From: a virus
IMG/VR virus record: IMGVR_UViG_2651869533_000014
Coordinates: 1 to 35,917 of that record
Reading direction: 5' to 3' (one strand)
Length of the DNA stretch: 35,917 bases
Shown here piece by piece: positions 14,338 to 23,098 of the stretch (positions are counted from its first letter, which is position 1; every line of letters begins with the position of its first letter). The notes beneath the pieces are model-generated. The model was not told the DNA's origin. It searched no databases and saw only the letters and a program-made list of their open reading frames with translations. Both the position numbers and the translations under genes were made by a program.

Positions 14338-16557
14338 ATGGGGGATAGAATGGAAATTGTGGCCGAAGGCGTGTCCATTGATGGTATTGACGAAATCAAT
14401 GAGGACTTAAGAAATAGATTAAAAGAAGCTGATATTAATGAAGAAGACATTCTTGTAAAAGCTAGACAAAATCTAGTGCTTTGGGATGGTTACTTCGGCG
14501 AAAACGTAGTTCGTGGCAAAGATGACATGAATTTCTTATTGCGTGACCAATGGTCAGCAGTAGAGCGTTCAGAGTTTAGTAGGCTCTTTAAGCCCGCAAT
14601 GACATTTAATAAGCTTTATGATGTCACTAAGAAGGTAGTAGGCGAGCAACGCAAAAACAAACCAGATTTAATAGTCCGATCGCTAACTGGGAAAGCCACT
14701 CAAAAGCAAATCGACCTTCGAGCAGATTTAGTACGTACGATTTCATATCAGTCACAAAACGATTTAGTTTATCAAACAGCATTTAAGCAAGCCTTAATGA
14801 TGGGATTTGGTGCATTTGAGATAGTTTTAGAATATGAAAATCCCAAATCTTTTAATCAAGTAATAAGATACGAAATAATTCCTGATGTAACAAGAACATC
14901 ATTTGACCCAACAGCTATGAAGCCACATAAAGGCGATGGCAATTTTTGTGCTAGACAATATCTCTATACTAAAGACGAATTCTTCGCGACTTTTCCTCAT
15001 GTAGCCAATCCAGTTTCATATTCCGACCCACGGTCTTTATTAGACTTCCAGTGGGAAACTAGAGATACAATCGTAGTTTGCAAATATACGCAAAAAGAAT
15101 GGTTTCCAGTCAAAATACTATTATTAACTAATGGCAAAACGGTTACTGAAGATGAATGGAAGGATATGCAAAAGGATATTGAAATACGTAAAAGCTTAGC
15201 TGCAAGCTCCAAAGTAGTAGGCGACATGATTAGAGAGACAATTCCAGAGGTTCATGCGGAAAGAATGTCAAAAGATTATACAATTAATCAATATATGCTC
15301 ACTCAAAATCAAATAATCAATTTCACAGAGTGGCCCTCAAAATGTTTGCCCTTAATATTCGTAGATGGGGACTCAAACTATATAAATAATCAGCAATATA
15401 CCCGCTCATTTATTCATGAGGCTAAAGACTCACAAAAATTCGTTAACTACGTAGGCTCAGAAATAACAGCCGAGATTAAAAATAGACGGCGTGAGCAGTG
15501 GCTTGGAACGCCCGATAACATTCTTGGTAATGAACAAATGTGGCGAACGCCAGAACTTCAGTCTGGAATATTAGTTGCAAAACCAGATCCAAAAACTGGT
15601 CAAATGCCGCAGAAAATGCCTCCCTGGGAGCTATCTCAAACACTCTTGCAACAATTTCAGCGCGGCTCTCAAGACATGCGCGAAATCATGGGTTTTTCAG
15701 AAGCAGAGGAGCTTCAGGGTCGTGATATTTCAGGAAAAGCACGAAGAGAGAGAAAGCTAGAAGGTTCAATGTCAGCTTATGTATGGTTTGATAACTTAAA
15801 TCAATCCATTGAGCAAGGCGGACGTGTGGTTTTAGATTTATTGCCTGTTATTGCGGGCGAATATGAACGGCCAATGGTTATAACTAAAGCCGATGGACGT
15901 ACTGACTCTGTTGTACTTAATAAGTACATGGGTGAGGATTCTGAAGGTCAATCAATATTAGAAAACTCACTTGATGATGGAAATTATGATATTGAAATTG
16001 ATACTGGTCCGTCATTTGCAGTACAAAAAGATATGGCTTTAGAGTTCTTCCAGCAGACTTTACAAGCCTTCCCTCAATCATTCCCGCTTATTGCTGATTT
16101 ATGGGCTAAGAACTTAGACGTACAGTTTATGCCACAAATTGCTGAGCGCTTTAAAACCATGGTTCCACCTGAAGTTCTTGCCAAAGAAGAAGGAAAAGAC
16201 CCGCCTCCTAAGCAGCCAAACCCTCAAGAAATGATGATGCAGCAACAAATGCAAGTGCAGCAACAGCAAATGGCCATGAATGAGCAAAAGATGCATTTAG
16301 AAGAGCAAGCTCTTATGGAAAGAGCTGAAGAGCTCAAGATTCGCAAAGAAAAGCATTTACTTGACCAAGCAGAGATGATTCTTAAGGCACAGGAAATGCA
16401 ATCTAAGATGGGTCTTGAGCAGCAAAAGATAAAAGTTGAGCACGGGAAACTGTTGTTAGATGCGGATAGAACCGAGAAAGATTTCTCATCAAAGATTTCA
16501 CAAGTTCTTGCAGATTTGCATAAACATCAGAATCCGAGCAAAAAAGAAACAAAATAA
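14338..16557 (+). CDS. portal protein (P22-like size, Gln-rich C-terminal helical region)
   Basis: 739 aa, placed between terL and scaffold/coat. The C-terminal MMMQQQMQVQQQQMAMNEQKM coiled-coil-like tail is reminiscent of the P22 portal barrel. The ATG at 14350 is an alternative start. Confidence 0.8.
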   Translation: MGDRMEIVAEGVSIDGIDEINEDLRNRLKEADINEEDILVKARQNLVLWDGYFGENVVRGKDDMNFLLRDQWSAVERSEFSRLFKPAMTFNKLYDVTKKVVGEQRKNKPDLIVRSLTGKATQKQIDLRADLVRTISYQSQNDLVYQTAFKQALMMGFGAFEIVLEYENPKSFNQVIRYEIIPDVTRTSFDPTAMKPHKGDGNFCARQYLYTKDEFFATFPHVANPVSYSDPRSLLDFQWETRDTIVVCKYTQKEWFPVKILLLTNGKTVTEDEWKDMQKDIEIRKSLAASSKVVGDMIRETIPEVHAERMSKDYTINQYMLTQNQIINFTEWPSKCLPLIFVDGDSNYINNQQYTRSFIHEAKDSQKFVNYVGSEITAEIKNRRREQWLGTPDNILGNEQMWRTPELQSGILVAKPDPKTGQMPQKMPPWELSQTLLQQFQRGSQDMREIMGFSEAEELQGRDISGKARRERKLEGSMSAYVWFDNLNQSIEQGGRVVLDLLPVIAGEYERPMVITKADGRTDSVVLNKYMGEDSEGQSILENSLDDGNYDIEIDTGPSFAVQKDMALEFFQQTLQAFPQSFPLIADLWAKNLDVQFMPQIAERFKTMVPPEVLAKEEGKDPPPKQPNPQEMMMQQQMQVQQQQMAMNEQKMHLEEQALMERAEELKIRKEKHLLDQAEMILKAQEMQSKMGLEQQKIKVEHGKLLLDADRTEKDFSSKISQVLADLHKHQNPSKKETK

Positions 16558-16693
16558 TTTTAAAATCCTATATGTGCCGTATCAAATAGATTTTTACTAA
16601 CTATAATTAAATTATCAAGGGAAGGATCCCTTAGGGTTTCAGGCCGCCGTAAGGTCTAGGACAAGCAATTGTCGGAATGGAGAAGTAGAAATC

Positions 16694-17524
16694 ATGGACG
16701 ATGATAAGAATGCTTTTGCCGAGCAAGTAAATGGCATGGATGAAGATGGGGATAATCAGAGTGCAGTTGACCCAGGTTATTCTGATGAGCAGGAAGCTCA
16801 AGCAACGGAAAGAGATAGAGATCCTCAGGAAGAGGGATATACAGATGCGGTTCGCAAACGTATACATGCTCAAGCTAAAAAGCATCAGCGCGAAATGCGA
16901 CAAATGCAGGAACAAATCTTGCATTTACAAGCACAAAGCCCTCATGCAGAAAGCGCTAATCCAGCCCTTCATCCAGCCTCCAATCCTTATAACTCACCAG
17001 GGCAGCCAAATCCGCCCGCAATGAGCGAAGAGGAAAGGATACAGAAAGCTGTGCGTTATGCTCTCGGAGCGAAGGAACACGAAGAGAAGCAAGCGCGAGT
17101 TGCTGAGCATCAGGCTCATATACATAAGAAGTACCAACGACTTAATGATGAGTTTGATAAGGCAGCTGAGAAATACGATGATTTTGATGAAGTGGTAAGA
17201 GAAGGCGATGCGCCTTTCTCAGAACACGTCAGAGATGCATTATTACTCGTAAAAAATCCAGCAGAAGTTGCTTATAAGCTAGGTAAAAATCGTTCTGAAC
17301 TCGAAAGAATTTCAAGACTCCATCCCTTAGATCAGGCACATGAAGTAATCGATTTGTCGCATGCTCTTAGGACTGGGAACGATAATAAAACGAACTCAAG
17401 TCATAGTAAATCTAATCCAATAGGATCAGTTAGAGCAAACCCAAATAGTTCTTCAAGTGCCATTACGGATAAGACTCCGCCTTCAGAAATTAGAAGGCGG
17501 ATGAAGGCTGGCACATGGAAGTGA
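16694..17524 (+). CDS. scaffolding protein (by position and composition)
   Basis: 276 aa, highly charged and helical, lying between the portal and coat genes as in P22. Confidence 0.55.
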   Translation: MDDDKNAFAEQVNGMDEDGDNQSAVDPGYSDEQEAQATERDRDPQEEGYTDAVRKRIHAQAKKHQREMRQMQEQILHLQAQSPHAESANPALHPASNPYNSPGQPNPPAMSEEERIQKAVRYALGAKEHEEKQARVAEHQAHIHKKYQRLNDEFDKAAEKYDDFDEVVREGDAPFSEHVRDALLLVKNPAEVAYKLGKNRSELERISRLHPLDQAHEVIDLSHALRTGNDNKTNSSHSKSNPIGSVRANPNSSSSAITDKTPPSEIRRRMKAGTWK

Positions 17525-17605
17525 TTGATGGGTTTTAAGGATAAAACTCAAGGACTCTGAAACACTGCCAGGTGCCATTAAAAGGATTTAATGGAGACCT
17601 AGCAA

Positions 17606-17693
17606 ATGGCTAACCAATTTATTACGACCGACCTAGTATCTAATACTGCGTTGGCGATGTTTGCAAATAACGCACCTTTTGTAATGACTGCCT
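17606..17693 (+). CDS. coat (major capsid) protein, exon 1
   Basis: GGAG 9 nt upstream of the ATG. MANQFITTDLVSNTALAMFANNAPFVMTA resembles the N-termini of P22/Sf6-type coat proteins. The unspliced frame ends at TAG 17714..17716. The exact 3' end of the exon is inferred. Confidence 0.55.
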
Positions 17694-17939
17694 TAAATGC
17701 TGGGGCCTCTTTATAGAAATATAAATGAGATAATTGGGTGAACTCAGGGAACATCTCTAGTAGACAATCCTGATCTAAGCCTCGAAAGAGGAAAGAGCAA
17801 CGACCATCCCGAAAGGGAGTAGACTCAAGTGAGTCGAAGCGCCCAACAACCGAAAGGTTGAAGATATGGTCTGATCTAGTAAGCGATTACTAGCTGCTGA
17901 AAGGCGGGTTAAGATGACGGTCTTAATCGAACACAAATG
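17694..17939 (+). ncRNA. candidate group I self-splicing intron in the coat gene (boundaries inferred)
   Basis: Splits a conserved ORF. Hairpins: 17780-91 (GAAA loop), 17807-18 (GAAA), 17822-35, 17847-60 (GAAA), 17876-93, 17894-907 (GAAA) and 17908-27. UCUAAG (17774-79) with UAUGG (17865-69) forms a tetraloop-receptor-like internal loop. A P1-like hairpin pairs exon GCCU (17690-93) with GGGC (17703-06), giving a U.G wobble at 17693. The insert ends in G17939. Confidence 0.5.
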
Positions 17940-19063
17940 CAAGAATTTACCAAGATGATTTTGTATCTTCTGGATATAAAATCGGTGATACATTACAAGT
18001 TAGACGCCAAAACCACTTTATTGTTGGTGATGGCTCAGTCGCAACGCCTCAATCTATCATTGAAACAGTGGAAACAATTGTTATCGCGCATCAGTATCAC
18101 GCGTTGATTGCATATACCATTCAAGATTTATCTTTAAGAATTGAAGACTTCTCACGTTTGTTTATTGCTCCTGCTATACAGGAAGTAATTACTCAGATGG
18201 AAAAAGACATCGCTTCTGCAGCTGAACAAGAATTAAATTTCTTTACAGGTACAGCAGGCGTTGCAATTAACTCTTTCACTACTGTTGATACGGCTGGTGC
18301 GAAGTTACTTGAACAAGGTGTTAATATTGCTTCTGATGCTTATATAGCAATGACTGTTCGTGATGGCTCTTCTTTGAAAGGCGCTTTGCTTAATAACTTT
18401 ACGCCTGTCTTTAACGAAGATATCGTTAGAAGTTCTGCTATCGGGCATTTATCCTATTTTGATATTTTTCAATCTCAGAATATTAAGCGTCATATTGCAG
18501 GCGCAGGTCCAACCTTGCATTCTTCAGATCCATTATTGGTAAATGGTGCTGTGTCTTCTGGCAATACTATTATCATGGATGGCGCCACAATCAGCGTTAC
18601 TAACTACTTTGTAGTAGGCGATGTTATATCAATTGCTGGCGTTCAATCTGTTAACCCTGTGGGTCGTGCTTCAACTGGACAAGATATGCAGTTTGTTGTT
18701 ACTGCTAATGCTAGTTCTGATGGTAGCGGCAATCTAACAGTGCTAGTAAGTCCTGTCATAATTTCAGATACGCTTAATCCTAATCGTAACGTATCTAATG
18801 CCATTCCAGATAATGCGGCAGTTACAATGGTTGGCTCACATAACGTAAACGTTGCTTACCCAAGTCGCGGTTTAGATATTGTTTGCCCTCCTCTTTATAA
18901 GCTTCAAGTACCTTATGCATCTGTTGCTGTAGACCCTGAAACTGGTTTATCTCTTGCTGTTACTCAAACAGGCGATATTTTAGGCTATCAAAACTATATG
19001 CGTATCGACTTACTTTGCGGCTTTAACTGGCACCAACAGTATGCGGTTAGAGTTCTTTCCTAA
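17940..19063 (+). CDS. coat (major capsid) protein, exon 2, P22/Sf6 coat family
   Basis: The frame is open from 17927 with no ATG, GTG or TTG before 18068. ..RIYQDDFVSSGYKIGDTLQVRRQNHF.. aligns with Sf6 gp5 (..DRQLLAGEINSSTGDSVSFKRPHQF..). C-terminal MRIDLL also resembles Sf6 MRFDLL. Confidence 0.8.
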
Positions 19064-19073
19064 GGAGTCTTTA

Positions 19074-19271
19074 ATGCTTACATGTATATATCATCCTCTT
19101 GACCCCATGCGGGTCGTAGAGGAAGAGGAAGCAAGAAAACTGCGCGATACTGGTTGTTGGTTTGATTGTCCTGCTAAAGCAAAGCGATATCGTGAGAAAG
19201 TTGAGTCTGAAATAAAGCATGAGAATGGGGCAGATTTATCTAAGCCTAAATTCAAACATAAGGGGAAATAA
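19074..19271 (+). CDS. hypothetical protein, 65 aa
   Basis: AAGGAG upstream of the ATG at 19074, inside the listed ORF 19041..19271. Confidence 0.5.
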   Translation: MLTCIYHPLDPMRVVEEEEARKLRDTGCWFDCPAKAKRYREKVESEIKHENGADLSKPKFKHKGK

Positions 19272-19274
19272 AAA

Positions 19275-19478
19275 ATGAAAGACAACAAGATGGTTCAATC
19301 TAACAATGCGTTTGTTAAGTCTGAACAAATGAAGATGAAATCTAAAATGGGTAACAGGCCTGTTATGAAAAAGGAAATGGAAGAGTTTAATGCATATATG
19401 TCCAATGATGGCGAAAATGCACAAGACTTTGCCCGTAAACTTTGTTCTGGCATGGAAGATGCATTCCCGTTGAAATAA
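19275..19478 (+). CDS. hypothetical protein, 67 aa
   Basis: ORF from the track. Confidence 0.5.
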   Translation: MKDNKMVQSNNAFVKSEQMKMKSKMGNRPVMKKEMEEFNAYMSNDGENAQDFARKLCSGMEDAFPLK

Positions 19479-19487
19479 GTCTATGCA

Positions 19488-19518
19488 ATCGACATGTCGT
19501 AAAGATGTGTCGATTTTT
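19488..19518 (+). terminator. rho-independent terminator after the head module
   Basis: ATCGACA...TGTCGAT (7-bp stem, 19488-94 with 19508-14) followed by TTTT. Confidence 0.6.
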
Positions 19519-19546
19519 AGGGTTTATTTAAGCATAAGGAATTGCT

Positions 19547-20281
19547 ATGGCTCAAGTTACTAAGACTGTTAATGAATTAATCGTAAACTCATTATATTTA
19601 TTGGGTGAATTGGGCGTTGGCGAAACTCCTGACTCCTTTATGCTTTCCTCAGGACTTGATTTATTAAACGAACTATTAACAAAATTTGCAGCCGATAGTA
19701 TTTATATTCCCTACTTAACTGAGCTAGCTTTTAATTTTGTAGCAACACAACCTACTTATTCAATATCTGATATGGTTCCAGCAGACGTTGTTGGAGATAG
19801 AATCGTTGATTTATCTTATGCCAACTATACAGTTCCAAGTGCGGGACAAGGCATAATATATCCATTACAAATCATTAATAAAGCACAATATTATGGTGTT
19901 ACTAGGCTTTTACCATTAAATACAAGGCCTGGCTTTATATTCTTAGATAAACAAGCAAATGAAAGTTTTGTTACATTATATCCCGCGCCTGACCAGCCAT
20001 ACCCTTGTCTTCTGGGCGTTAAATCAATGATAGATAGCTTAGGAGCTAATGATACCCTAGCAGAATTGCCGCCATTCTATTACGGTTTCTTAAAGTATTG
20101 TTTAGCTCGCAAGTTTTTATCTTATTATCCATCAGGTAACTGGCCTGATACAGCCGAGCAAGAATATCAAGATTATTTTCAAACAATAAAAAATGCCAAT
20201 GAAACTGATGTTACGGTTAGGCCGTCAGCAATCATAACTCGTCCAGAGCCGTTTTACTGGCAAAATATCTTGGCCTACTAA
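19547..20281 (+). CDS. P22 gp4-like head-to-tail adaptor / tail accessory protein
   Basis: N-terminal ELIVNSLYLLGELGVGETPDSFMLSSGLDLLNELLTKF parallels P22 gp4 (DLVRAALRKLGVASDATL.....DAVDDLEAMMAEW). Its position after the coat gene fits. Confidence 0.55.
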   Translation: MAQVTKTVNELIVNSLYLLGELGVGETPDSFMLSSGLDLLNELLTKFAADSIYIPYLTELAFNFVATQPTYSISDMVPADVVGDRIVDLSYANYTVPSAGQGIIYPLQIINKAQYYGVTRLLPLNTRPGFIFLDKQANESFVTLYPAPDQPYPCLLGVKSMIDSLGANDTLAELPPFYYGFLKYCLARKFLSYYPSGNWPDTAEQEYQDYFQTIKNANETDVTVRPSAIITRPEPFYWQNILAY

Positions 20282-20282
20282 T

Positions 20283-22145
20283 ATGAGGAAAGACTACGAT
20301 ATAGTAGGCAGTTATGACAATCAACGTGTAAGTACGATAAATGCCGAACGTACCGTTAATATGTTTGAATATATGGACGAAGACGGTAAGCGTCCTAAAG
20401 TTTTATTATCAACAGCAGGTCTCGTTGATTCACTCCTTGAATTTGGAGCTGCAACTGGCGGCTCAAGAGATACATTCGTATTTAATAACGCAATATATGA
20501 AGTTTATGGAGCCTCTGTATTTCGAATTACAGGTTCTACAGGGCTACTCACTGCAACTCTTATTGGAAGTCTCACAACGAGCGCTGGCTTTGTTGGAATA
20601 GATGCAAATACCTTTCAAGTAATATTTGTAGATGGCGAAGAAGGGTGGATTTGGGATGATACAGCAGATACTTTTGAACTCATTACTGATACTGGATTTC
20701 CCCCAACACCGATAGATGTTTGCTACATAGATGGTTTTTTTATTGTAGCAAATGGTGGCACAAATAACTTTCAAATGTCATCTTTTAATCAAGGGATGGT
20801 TTGGAGTGGCGGAGGAGCTACTAATGCATTTTTTACTGCTGATTCAACAACGAGTATTCTTACTTTACCAGGTGTAACGACTGCAAATTTTGCAACAGGA
20901 ATTCCGGTAATCGTTAAACATGTATCAGGAACTTTGCCAACACCTTTAATTGAAGGAACTACCTATTATATTATTAGAGTAAGTTCATCTACTACAAATC
21001 CCGGAACCTTTAGATTAGCCACAACATACGCTAACGCAATCGCAAATGTTTTTATCACTTTAACATCTAACGGAACGCCCACAAACGTAGTGGAAAGCCT
21101 AGGCCAATTGCAGGTTGGAAGTATAACTTCTCATCCTGGCAATATAGTTGCCTGTCGAACACTACATAGAAGAATCTTCTTTTTCTCAGAAAACTACACT
21201 GAGGTTTGGGAAAATGCTGGACTTGGCACAAACCTTCCTATTAGACGCAATAACTCATTGCTTATGGAAGTGGGTACGCCTGCTATCGGTAGTGTTTCTG
21301 TAGGTTTTGATAGGATGTTCTTTTTGGCGCAGGACAAAGATGGGTTGGCAGGCGTCATGGAGGTTAAGGGAACCGAATCAATTCCCGTAAGCAATAGAGC
21401 TCTAGATTTCCAATTAGCTCAATATGCAGCCGACCCATTAACTGGAGTTGCAGATGCTAGAGGCATCTTGGTTAAAGAAAATGGCATAATCTTTTATAGA
21501 CTTAATTTTACCTTAGCTAATCATACTTTTGTACTTAATGTCTCCATGAGCACTCAACAAGAACCAAAATGGCATGAAGAAGAAGTATTGAATGGCGATA
21601 GACATCCCGCGCAAACGCATGCTTATTTTGATGGTGTAAATTATTACGGCGATTATAAAAGCCCTCTTTTTTATATCGTTAGTGATGGCGTTTCCACAAA
21701 CAATGGTGAGGCAATTAGACGCATGAGAATAGGACGTCAAATTACTCCGGAAGGCTATAATCGCTTAAGAATTGATAGATTTCATTTAGACGTTCTACAA
21801 GGTCAATTTGACGTTGGAAGTTTTGTAGACGTTGATTTGCTTACTGAAGATTCAAACGAAATTACAACAGAAGGCGGAACAAATATTATTGTAGATGAGC
21901 AAATAAATATTGGCGGAGGAAGCCCAATTATCTTTTTGTCTTATTCTAAAGATGGCGGTCAAACCTACGGAAACTTACTACAAGGCTTAATGGGCAAGCT
22001 TGGACAACGCACATTTAGAACCGTATGGAGAAAGCTTGGAACTACGCCTAGAGGCCAAGGCTTTGTTCCAAAGATTGAATTTTTTAATGATATGCCTTTT
22101 GTAATTCTAGGCGCTGCCTGGGACTTTGAGGTTATGCCGGAGTAA
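20283..22145 (+). CDS. P22 gp10-like tail hub / packaged-DNA stabilisation protein
   Basis: 620 aa. C-terminal IFLSYSKDGGQTYG......RTFRTVWRKLG resembles the P22 gp10 C-terminus (LFLSATTDGINYG....RVLWKRVG). Gene order matches P22. Confidence 0.6.
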   Translation: MRKDYDIVGSYDNQRVSTINAERTVNMFEYMDEDGKRPKVLLSTAGLVDSLLEFGAATGGSRDTFVFNNAIYEVYGASVFRITGSTGLLTATLIGSLTTSAGFVGIDANTFQVIFVDGEEGWIWDDTADTFELITDTGFPPTPIDVCYIDGFFIVANGGTNNFQMSSFNQGMVWSGGGATNAFFTADSTTSILTLPGVTTANFATGIPVIVKHVSGTLPTPLIEGTTYYIIRVSSSTTNPGTFRLATTYANAIANVFITLTSNGTPTNVVESLGQLQVGSITSHPGNIVACRTLHRRIFFFSENYTEVWENAGLGTNLPIRRNNSLLMEVGTPAIGSVSVGFDRMFFLAQDKDGLAGVMEVKGTESIPVSNRALDFQLAQYAADPLTGVADARGILVKENGIIFYRLNFTLANHTFVLNVSMSTQQEPKWHEEEVLNGDRHPAQTHAYFDGVNYYGDYKSPLFYIVSDGVSTNNGEAIRRMRIGRQITPEGYNRLRIDRFHLDVLQGQFDVGSFVDVDLLTEDSNEITTEGGTNIIVDEQINIGGGSPIIFLSYSKDGGQTYGNLLQGLMGKLGQRTFRTVWRKLGTTPRGQGFVPKIEFFNDMPFVILGAAWDFEVMPE

Positions 22146-22147
22146 AT

Positions 22148-22447
22148 ATGGCTAGAGATTTAGATAATTTTCCAACATATGACCCTCTTGTTAGGGATGA
22201 AGTATATTTATCAAATATTTGGGGTGACTTTCTTGCGTCATTTGTAGAGACATTAAGAGGCTATTTATCCGAAAGAGGCATTATAGTGCCGAATGTTACA
22301 GTATCTGATAAAAGCAATATCCTTAACCCTGTAGAGGGTCAAATGATCTATGTAACAAACTTTAATACTCCTGGATTCCCACGAACGGCAGCCTTACAGA
22401 TTTGGCAAGTTGTGGCAGGTGTTGGTCAATGGACAACTATAGTTTAA
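22148..22447 (+). CDS. hypothetical virion-module protein, 99 aa
   Basis: ORF from the track, inside the tail module. Confidence 0.5.
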   Translation: MARDLDNFPTYDPLVRDEVYLSNIWGDFLASFVETLRGYLSERGIIVPNVTVSDKSNILNPVEGQMIYVTNFNTPGFPRTAALQIWQVVAGVGQWTTIV

Positions 22448-22477
22448 TATATTAGTAATTTCACAAGGAATGTGATT

Positions 22478-23089
22478 ATGTCTTTTAATTTTGGTTCATT
22501 TACCGGTGGATTGGGTAATATTTTAGGTGGCCTATTTGGCCATTCCAGCAAGCCTTATGATAAAGCTATGGGGCAATACCAGCAATATGCCAATCAAGCC
22601 CAGCAAACTCAACAACCCTATTTAAATGCGGGCCAGCAAGCAATTCCTGCTTACCAACAATGGCTACAAGGCCAACAAAACCCAACTGATTTTATTAATA
22701 AAACAATGAATCAGTATCAAGAAAGTCCTTATGCTCAATATTTGCAACAACAATCAGTAAGAGCCGGACAAAATGCAGCCTCAGCAAGCGGCCTAATTGG
22801 AAGCACGCCTTTTGCAGATTATCTTCAAAATAGCGCCAATCAGATTGCATCAGGAGACCAAAATCAATGGCTGCAAAATGTCTTAGGCATCAATAGCCAA
22901 TATGGACAAGGCGAACAAAATCTAATGAACAGCGGTCAAAATGCTGCAAATTCGTTAACTAACCTTTATGGTCAGAATGCAAAAGATATGGCAGGCCTTG
23001 CTTATGGAAAACAAGCTGGAAAAGGAAATGACTTAGGCAATATTTTAAGTGGTGGCCTAGGGCTTTTAGGCAGCTTCTTTGGTTTATAA
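22478..23089 (+). CDS. Gln/Asn/Gly-rich internal virion (ejection-type) protein
   Basis: AAGGA 7 nt upstream of the ATG at 22478. Low-complexity Q/N/G composition. Its position matches the P22 ejection-protein block. Confidence 0.5.
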   Translation: MSFNFGSFTGGLGNILGGLFGHSSKPYDKAMGQYQQYANQAQQTQQPYLNAGQQAIPAYQQWLQGQQNPTDFINKTMNQYQESPYAQYLQQQSVRAGQNAASASGLIGSTPFADYLQNSANQIASGDQNQWLQNVLGINSQYGQGEQNLMNSGQNAANSLTNLYGQNAKDMAGLAYGKQAGKGNDLGNILSGGLGLLGSFFGL

Positions 23090-23098
23090 GGATTAATT

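Noticed and set aside
17695-17940. Coat-gene insert as a MITE or IS with a 6-bp target duplication (AAATGC), or as a gene-60-style translational bypass
   Set aside because: There are no terminal inverted repeats inside the direct repeats. The insert is about five times longer than known bypass gaps. Its density of GNRA hairpins fits a ribozyme-like RNA better. The AAATGC repeat is kept as an alternative splice-junction caveat.
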